Part shown: one piece after another, positions 58,258 to 64,000 of the stretch
Position numbering within the stretch: the stretch's first letter is position 1
Layout of the letters: every line of letters starts with the position of its first letter
Virus record (IMG/VR): IMGVR_UViG_3300023179_000016
Coordinates: 89,400 to 153,399 of that record
Direction: 5' to 3' (one strand)
From: a virus
DNA: 64,000 nt
Translations under genes and position numbers: made by a program
The notes under the pieces: generated by a model
What the model saw: only the letters and a program-made list of their open reading frames with translations
What the model was told of the DNA's origin: nothing
Database searches by the model: none

Positions 58258-60182
58258 TGCCAGGTTTTGTTAGGTCTAAAAAAGACGAAGTTAAATGGAA
58301 TAAGGCTAAAAAATCAGTAAGTGAATCTAAGTCAAAAAAAGAAGAATCTTTTTCTGATAGAGATTGGGCTTTAGTTAATCATATTTACCATAATATGAGT
58401 AAATCTAATTCTATTGAGCTGTCTGAAATAGACAATATAGTGAATCATTTATATAATACTAAAAAGTTATTGAAAGCTAGAGATTACGAAGACAAAGACT
58501 ATGACCCAGAAGATATAAGTGGACTATCAATAAGAGACGAATCGGAAGATCCATATGCAGATGACTTATCTTCTTATGACAACGATGAATTATTAAATGA
58601 AGATGAAAATATAGAACCTGAAGACGATGAATCGCGAGATGTATATGGACAGATGACTGGAAGACCATCTGAATCAGAAAATGAAGAAGAACCCCAACAG
58701 GAAATTAAACCGGCAAAAAATATAGATCAAATCAAGTCGTCACCGGAATCTTCAATAGAGTCTCAAACTATCAACATGGACCCTGAAGACTACGAGAAAC
58801 TGCCATCAGAAATCAAAAAAAAATATAAATTAGCTGTTTCTGAAGAAAAACCAAAAATAATACCTAAATCCACCAGCGAAACTCAAATTGAACCGACTTC
58901 AAGATCGGCTGTTATTACAAGAAAACAAGGCCAACCTTCATCTAACCCATCCTTAGCATCTTTAAAGGATGAACCCTCGTTTTCCGAAAAAGAAGAAATG
59001 TTTGAACCAACGGTAGAAGAACTTAACGCTCTAAGAGAACACACTAGACCATGGGAACAGAGAGCCAGAGACACAATAAAATTACAAGCTGATCCCAGAA
59101 AAAATCCTGTTTTGGCTAAGGAAGGTGTTTTATTAGAAGCTACGCGTAACGCCCATAAGGATAGAAATCAAGCATATAGCGAATTGACTAATTCCGCTGC
59201 ATATAAAAACGCGGATCCAATTGCTCAAATGGAATTAGATGAAAAGTTTCATAGAGATTGGATAAGCGGCAATCCAGATCATACTGCAAATGCAATTAGA
59301 GCTCATGCTGATGCACATCAAATAGGCGATGAAAAGAAAAAAATATTTGATGCTCATAAAGAAGCTCAAATAAAAACTATCTTAGAGGGCGGAGCTATGC
59401 CAGAAGAAACATTTTCCACCGAAGCTGGCTTACAGCATGCAGGCGGCGCTAAGAGCGAAGAAGGCACGGCAGGATCCATGGTATCTGATCCATATTCTTC
59501 TTTTGCGATGGGCAACAAACAATTCGTTAAAGAATATGCAAAAAATTATACAGATAAAAATAAAAAAGCCTCTTCAACTGAAGATTTAGAAAACTATGAT
59601 ATAGGTGATAAAAAAGATATAAATAGAATATTAGGACCAGCTGCCGCAAAAAGTCCTTTAGTAGAAGACTTTTTTAAAAAATACAATAGACTAATAGCGA
59701 TAAATGCAAAAAATGCAATAAAGGCACTAGGTTTGCAAGAAAACCATCCTAACGTGGATATAGGATTACTTCATGAGGCGGGCATGCATGGTTTAATGCA
59801 AGCAGTTAATTCTTATGATCCCTCTAAAGGTGCTCAATTTAAAACATGGGCCTCTAGAGTGATAAAAGGTCTTCAGATGACTGCCTTAAATAATCAACAT
59901 GAAATACCACAGAGTATTAGAAGAGCAGCCAAAGATTTCAATAAAAAAAGAAGTGCGCAGCCTCAAATGTCCGCACCCACTCTCACACCTACTTCCGCAT
60001 CGACCACAACTGCGACTCCTACGTCCACTCCAGCATCCGCAAGTACCCCATCGGTTCAAAAACCAGCGGCGCCTCATGTAGTCATATCAGAATCCAAACA
60101 TCCAAATGCTCCCAAAATGGCAGAAGCAATAAAGAGAATAGACGCTCAAAGAAATGTCATAACAAGAAAGAGATCTGAATAG
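58257..60182 (+). CDS. Acidic multi-domain head-associated protein containing a FliA-like sigma region-2 domain
   Basis: LHEAGMHGLMQAVNSYDPSKGAQFKTWASRVIKG...IPQSIRRAAKD aligns with the sigma28 pattern LLQAGxIGLLxAVERYDxxxGxxFxTYAxxRIRG...VPRSVRR; no region 4 follows. Confidence 0.75.
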   Translation: MPGFVRSKKDEVKWNKAKKSVSESKSKKEESFSDRDWALVNHIYHNMSKSNSIELSEIDNIVNHLYNTKKLLKARDYEDKDYDPEDISGLSIRDESEDPYADDLSSYDNDELLNEDENIEPEDDESRDVYGQMTGRPSESENEEEPQQEIKPAKNIDQIKSSPESSIESQTINMDPEDYEKLPSEIKKKYKLAVSEEKPKIIPKSTSETQIEPTSRSAVITRKQGQPSSNPSLASLKDEPSFSEKEEMFEPTVEELNALREHTRPWEQRARDTIKLQADPRKNPVLAKEGVLLEATRNAHKDRNQAYSELTNSAAYKNADPIAQMELDEKFHRDWISGNPDHTANAIRAHADAHQIGDEKKKIFDAHKEAQIKTILEGGAMPEETFSTEAGLQHAGGAKSEEGTAGSMVSDPYSSFAMGNKQFVKEYAKNYTDKNKKASSTEDLENYDIGDKKDINRILGPAAAKSPLVEDFFKKYNRLIAINAKNAIKALGLQENHPNVDIGLLHEAGMHGLMQAVNSYDPSKGAQFKTWASRVIKGLQMTALNNQHEIPQSIRRAAKDFNKKRSAQPQMSAPTLTPTSASTTTATPTSTPASASTPSVQKPAAPHVVISESKHPNAPKMAEAIKRIDAQRNVITRKRSE

Positions 60183-60183
60183 T

Positions 60184-61020
60184 ATGGCAATAGATAAAAC
60201 GCCCACAACATCTCCATTTCCGGCATTTGAGATAGAGCAAGAACCAGGAGTCACTAGGTATAGTAGTTTACCTACTCCACAATCTATGCGTCAAACTGTA
60301 TTATTTGGTCTACCATTAAAATCATTCATGACTGGACAAGAGGTTACGGATGACAGCATACAGCACTATATAGATCAAGCTATATCAGAAGTAGAGCATA
60401 TGCTCGATCTCTATATAGTTCCTGTATTATTTAGAGAAAGGCATGATTATAGCAGACATCAGTTTTTTTGGAGTTTTGGTTATTTCAAGGTAAATCATGG
60501 GCCAATACTCGATGTATCTAAGTTTCAGTTGACGTTTAACAATGGACAGATTGGGCCTGCCACACCTCCACTCGTGGATATACCGCTCGAATTCATACAT
60601 GTCCAGCCTCAAGAACAGACGATACAATTGGTTCCAGCTCAAGGTGTCACTATATCTGGACTTATTGTCAGTGTTTATTCAGGACTAGGGTTCCATGCAT
60701 TTAACAATCAGGCTCTATCGCATTGGCCTGGTGCTATTCTTATAGAATATAGAGCAGGATTCGAGGATGGAAGGATACCTGCATTATTGGCTGGACTTAT
60801 AGAAAATATGGCAGCATACAAGATGTTGTCGACCATGGGCCCCATATTATTTCCTCAAAACTCTGTTAGCATAGGTATCGATGGTGTTTCGCAGAGCGTA
60901 GGAACTCTTGGTCCGGGTTTTTTACAGAACCGTCTGGCTGATTTAGAAAAAATCATACAGCAGCAGACAGATTCTGCTAGAGGCTATTACCAAAAAAAGT
61001 TCATGATCGATTATATTTAA
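60184..61020 (+). CDS. Head-tail adaptor / neck protein
   Basis: IDQAISEVEHMLD, ERHDY, IEYRAGF..IP, SVSIGIDGVSQS typical of head-completion proteins. Confidence 0.65.
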   Translation: MAIDKTPTTSPFPAFEIEQEPGVTRYSSLPTPQSMRQTVLFGLPLKSFMTGQEVTDDSIQHYIDQAISEVEHMLDLYIVPVLFRERHDYSRHQFFWSFGYFKVNHGPILDVSKFQLTFNNGQIGPATPPLVDIPLEFIHVQPQEQTIQLVPAQGVTISGLIVSVYSGLGFHAFNNQALSHWPGAILIEYRAGFEDGRIPALLAGLIENMAAYKMLSTMGPILFPQNSVSIGIDGVSQSVGTLGPGFLQNRLADLEKIIQQQTDSARGYYQKKFMIDYI

Positions 61021-61103
61021 ATATAGGTCACATAAAATGACATACAAATATAATAATCTGCAATCAGCGCTTGCAATAAAAAATATTAAAAGGGATTATT
61101 ATC

Positions 61104-62216
61104 ATGATTAAGCATAAAGATGCAATAAAGGGTGGATTGGCAGATAAGAAAAAACCATCAGACTTTGATTCTAAATCATTAAAACAGGGTCAAAAAGTAG
61201 AATTAGAGCATACAAAAAATAAAGCTATAGCTAAAGAAATAGCTATGGATCATTTAACCGAAGACCCTAAATACTATAAAAAATTAAAAACAATAGAAAA
61301 AAATATGATTGAAATTGTACCAGACGGCAAGCAAGAAATAGTTGAAGGTAAAGAGCCATTAAAAAAAGAACCAAAGAAAAAAAATATGCGCAATGCAGAT
61401 AATGCATTAGACGCACGCTGGTCTAAACTTAAAAAGGGACTAAATAATTTAAAATCTATAATGAATTTAGAAGAGGCATCCAAAGACGACGAGTCTGAGC
61501 AGACTCCACAAGAGCAGACTCCACAAGAGCAGACTCCACAAGAGCAGACTCCACAAGAGCAGACTCCACAAGAGCAGACTCCACAAGAGCAGACTCCACA
61601 AGAGCAGACTGAAGTAGCATCTTTAACCCCTAGACCAGAAGAGTCAGAGCAAGTCTCACAAGGACAGCCTGTAGAAGAACAAACCGCACAAGAACAGGTT
61701 GGAGAAACCGAACAAACTACACAGGAACAGTCTGAAGAGTTAAATGTAGACGAAGAAGAACAAAAAATAATAGAATCTTTAAAAGAGCACGGCTATTCTG
61801 ATCCAGAGATATCTTATATAGTAAGAGGTCATCATTCTCCGCATCATGATGAAATTAAAACTGCAAAGGCTGCCGCTGCCGCTGCAATGTCCGATATAGA
61901 TATAGATCACTCTAAAAGAATAGGTGATTTAGAATTTAAGCATAAAGTTAGGCAAATGGATCTGGAACATGACCATGCAAAAAGAATGAAAGAACTGGAA
62001 TATAAAGACGCTACCACTAACGTTTCTGATCCGGACCATAAGAAAAAACTTTCTCAACTTGAATTAGAAGAAAAACTATTAGAGATACAAAGACGCAAGA
62101 AAGAAATCGAATTGGAACTTTCTTTTAAAGAAAAAGAACTAGAACAAAAACTTAAACATGCAGAAGAAGTCAATAAGAAAAAATTAACTTCTATTAACTC
62201 AAAGTCTGGTGAATAG
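61104..62216 (+). CDS. DUF5661-like domain protein with EQTPQ repeats and coiled coil
   Basis: GGLAD...GQKVELEHT...AKEIAMDHLTEDPKYYKKL motif. Confidence 0.7.
   Translation: MIKHKDAIKGGLADKKKPSDFDSKSLKQGQKVELEHTKNKAIAKEIAMDHLTEDPKYYKKLKTIEKNMIEIVPDGKQEIVEGKEPLKKEPKKKNMRNADNALDARWSKLKKGLNNLKSIMNLEEASKDDESEQTPQEQTPQEQTPQEQTPQEQTPQEQTPQEQTPQEQTEVASLTPRPEESEQVSQGQPVEEQTAQEQVGETEQTTQEQSEELNVDEEEQKIIESLKEHGYSDPEISYIVRGHHSPHHDEIKTAKAAAAAAMSDIDIDHSKRIGDLEFKHKVRQMDLEHDHAKRMKELEYKDATTNVSDPDHKKKLSQLELEEKLLEIQRRKKEIELELSFKEKELEQKLKHAEEVNKKKLTSINSKSGE
61497..61610 (+). repeat. Perfect 15-bp tandem repeat GAGCAGACTCCACAA, 7 copies plus a partial copy (EQTPQ)
   Basis: Read directly from sequence. Confidence 0.95.
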
Positions 62217-62217
62217 T

Positions 62218-63234
62218 ATGGAAAACATAAAGATATATAAAATAGATGACAATTCCATAGGTGCAGTAGTTTCACCAAAAACCCCTAAATATCTGATAGA
62301 TGCGTTGATTAATTCTCTAGAATCCAAAGGGATGATGCAGGATCTCTCTAAGAATGATTCCGATGAGATGGTATTTGTTCGTCGTACGATTGCCGATAAA
62401 TTGATTAAGGCCTTACAGGATCTATCCAAGCAAAACGATATACCGTACGATCCAAAAGAGCAACTTAAGTGGAAAAGAGAATGGAACAAGAAACAAGAAG
62501 AAGAAAAAAGAAGCAAGTGGAAATCTAATGTAAATAAGCTTCCAAAGCCTCAACCAAATATTGTTCAGACACCCGCAAGTAATGAGCCAGATCTTTGGCC
62601 AAGGGGCCCATCTTGGCAACCAAACACCGTGAAGAAGAGTAATTATGGTCCTAAAGGTGCTGGACAATACACTACGGCGGACAATGTAAAGCGCAAGGCA
62701 AAAAATGCAGGTCAAGAGATATCAGAGTTAGGCGCCAACAAGAATGTAAAAAATTGGGGAGTAAAGCCTAGTGCTATAAGCACAAAAAATGCAGTTGACT
62801 TAGAAGCCAAGAAGATGAAAAAACTTAATAGAAAACAACCAGTAAAGCAGTTCACTCCCGAGGAGATTGCGGAATTTGCTAGACAGAGAAAATTAGCATC
62901 TAGCGTAGATTATGAACAGCAATATGAAGAGACTCTATCGAAGCACGAAAATGAAGCGATGGGCAACTTATTGTCGTTGATGCATAAAAAGTCTATGTTA
63001 AAAAACATGCAGCCCTCTAACGATGATTTTGTCAATGCCGGTGAGAAAATGGGACTCGGTCTAACTAAAAAAAATCTAAACAGCGCAGAGAACAAATGGA
63101 ATAATACCATCAATGATTGGCTCAGTGAAGTATCTAAGCCCATATCCTCTAGATTTACCTCTCAAGCAGATGAGATCGAATATTGGAATTCTATTAAAAT
63201 TAAAAATAGCGAAGAAGACGGCTCCGGATATTAA
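62218..63234 (+). CDS. Hypothetical protein, possible internal head protein
   Basis: Basic, low-complexity protein with LSKN, LIKA, VKKS, LSKH motifs. Confidence 0.55.
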   Translation: MENIKIYKIDDNSIGAVVSPKTPKYLIDALINSLESKGMMQDLSKNDSDEMVFVRRTIADKLIKALQDLSKQNDIPYDPKEQLKWKREWNKKQEEEKRSKWKSNVNKLPKPQPNIVQTPASNEPDLWPRGPSWQPNTVKKSNYGPKGAGQYTTADNVKRKAKNAGQEISELGANKNVKNWGVKPSAISTKNAVDLEAKKMKKLNRKQPVKQFTPEEIAEFARQRKLASSVDYEQQYEETLSKHENEAMGNLLSLMHKKSMLKNMQPSNDDFVNAGEKMGLGLTKKNLNSAENKWNNTINDWLSEVSKPISSRFTSQADEIEYWNSIKIKNSEEDGSGY

Positions 63235-63300
63235 TTTAGTATATTCGATACTTTGCGCGTAAAATGTATTAACTATGATTTGTGATAAGATATATTAGTT

Positions 63301-63322
63301 AAACCTTGCAACGAGGTTTTTT
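63301..63322 (+). terminator. Terminator-like hairpin
   Basis: AAACCT-tgcaacg-AGGTTT followed by T-run. Confidence 0.55.
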
Positions 63323-63338
63323 ATTTTAGAGGATTTTT

Positions 63339-64000
63339 ATGGCAAATCAAATTAAAAAGAAATATATTTTAAACAAAGCAATCGACGGATCTAAGGTCTT
63401 ATTCTTAAACGATGATGCTTTTAAGGCGCTTAAAAGCGACAATTCTGAACAAGAACTATTTAAGCTTAATGCTCAAAATAAGTTAGTGTTTTCTGTCGTC
63501 CCACAGTTTTCGTCCGATCCAGCTTCTGCTGATGAACTTTCTAGGAAAAAGTACGTCGACGATAGAGACTCTGCTGAAACTGCAGCTCGTGAGCAGGCAA
63601 TTTCTGATCTATCTGACCAGATGGATTCGATGAATCAATCGCTTAATCAAAGCATATCTGATTTAACTTCAGATTTAAGTGCAGAAATAAATGCTCGCAC
63701 TGATGCAGATTCAGAACTTAATACAAAAATCGAAGCTGAAGAGTCCCGTGCAATGGCTGCTGAAGGCCTTCTTGATGGCCGTCTTGACGTGCTTGAAGGT
63801 GATGAGAACACAGCTGGTTCAGTAGCTAAAGCTCTTAAAGATGCTAAAGCTTACACTGACCAAGAAGTTTCTTCTGAAGAGTCCCGTGCAATGGCTGCTG
63901 AAGGCCTTCTTGATGGCCGTCTTGACGTGCTTGAAGGTGATGAGAACACAGCTGGTTCAGTAGCTAAAGCTCTTAAAGATGCTAAAGCTTACACTGACCA
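63339..64000 (+). CDS. Coiled-coil fibre protein (3'-truncated; absent from the ORF track)
   Basis: SD GAGGA; open frame MANQIKKKYILNKAIDGSK...RKKYVD...EESRAMAAEGLLDGRLDVLEG to the window end. Confidence 0.75.
   Translation, partial: MANQIKKKYILNKAIDGSKVLFLNDDAFKALKSDNSEQELFKLNAQNKLVFSVVPQFSSDPASADELSRKKYVDDRDSAETAAREQAISDLSDQMDSMNQSLNQSISDLTSDLSAEINARTDADSELNTKIEAEESRAMAAEGLLDGRLDVLEGDENTAGSVAKALKDAKAYTDQEVSSEESRAMAAEGLLDGRLDVLEGDENTAGSVAKALKDAKAYTD
63736..64000 (+). repeat. Exact 138-bp (46-codon) tandem repeat in the fibre gene
   Basis: Unit starting CTGAAGAGTCCCGTG at 63736 recurs at 63874 and is identical to the window end. Confidence 0.92.

Noticed and set aside
60176-62221. Identical junction TGAATAGTATGG at two gene boundaries
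   Set aside because: Largely dictated by stop plus start codons; two copies in AT-rich DNA are not convincing.
160-63143. Many short antisense or alternate-frame ORFs in the track (e.g. 4635-5024, 8401-8838, 17793-18302, 41689-42168, 52032-52460, 53944-54459)
   Set aside because: They lie within well-supported long genes, lack start signals and read as shadow translations.
1-64000. Stop-codon reassignment
   Set aside because: Genes are full length in the standard code and TAA, TAG and TGA all occur at natural gene ends.
1-64000. tRNA or other known structured RNA genes
   Set aside because: No cloverleaf or T-loop signature found in the few intergenic gaps.

Overview
64 kb of an AT-rich, large tailed (myovirus-like) bacteriophage genome, coding-dense and almost entirely on the + strand. 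Order: baseplate and tail-fibre module (1-20353); a short minus-strand primase/DnaB-like helicase operon (20354-23913); a DNA metabolism, lysis and chaperone block (UvsW-like helicase, GH24 endolysin, dUTPase, degenerate DNA methyltransferase, GroEL, SbcC/SbcD, HNH nuclease, exonuclease-fused DnaE, gp32-like SSB, UvsY-like protein, RecA); then packaging and head genes (terminase, portal, prohead protease, scaffold, Herelleviridae/SPO1-Twort-like major capsid protein, head-associated proteins, head-tail adaptor) and the start of a coiled-coil fibre gene. No tRNA, rRNA, CRISPR array, integrase or reverse transcriptase was seen. Most notable: (1) a dispersed transcription-takeover kit: a FliA-like sigma region-2 domain without region 4 inside a probable virion cargo protein, two stand-alone sigma region-4-like proteins, a GreA-like protein, and about 20 promoters with a -10 box (mostly RGTATAAT) and no evident -35, seven of them 5-7 nt before an SD-less ATG (leaderless mRNAs); (2) a prohead protease polyprotein carrying a lytic-transglycosylase-like domain and a copy of the capsid N-arm; (3) a hairpin and iteron locus with its own antisense promoter (origin or ncRNA); (4) a candidate one-piece spanin with a TMD, coiled coil and C-terminal beta-signal. 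All annotation is from motif recognition by eye; no searches were run.
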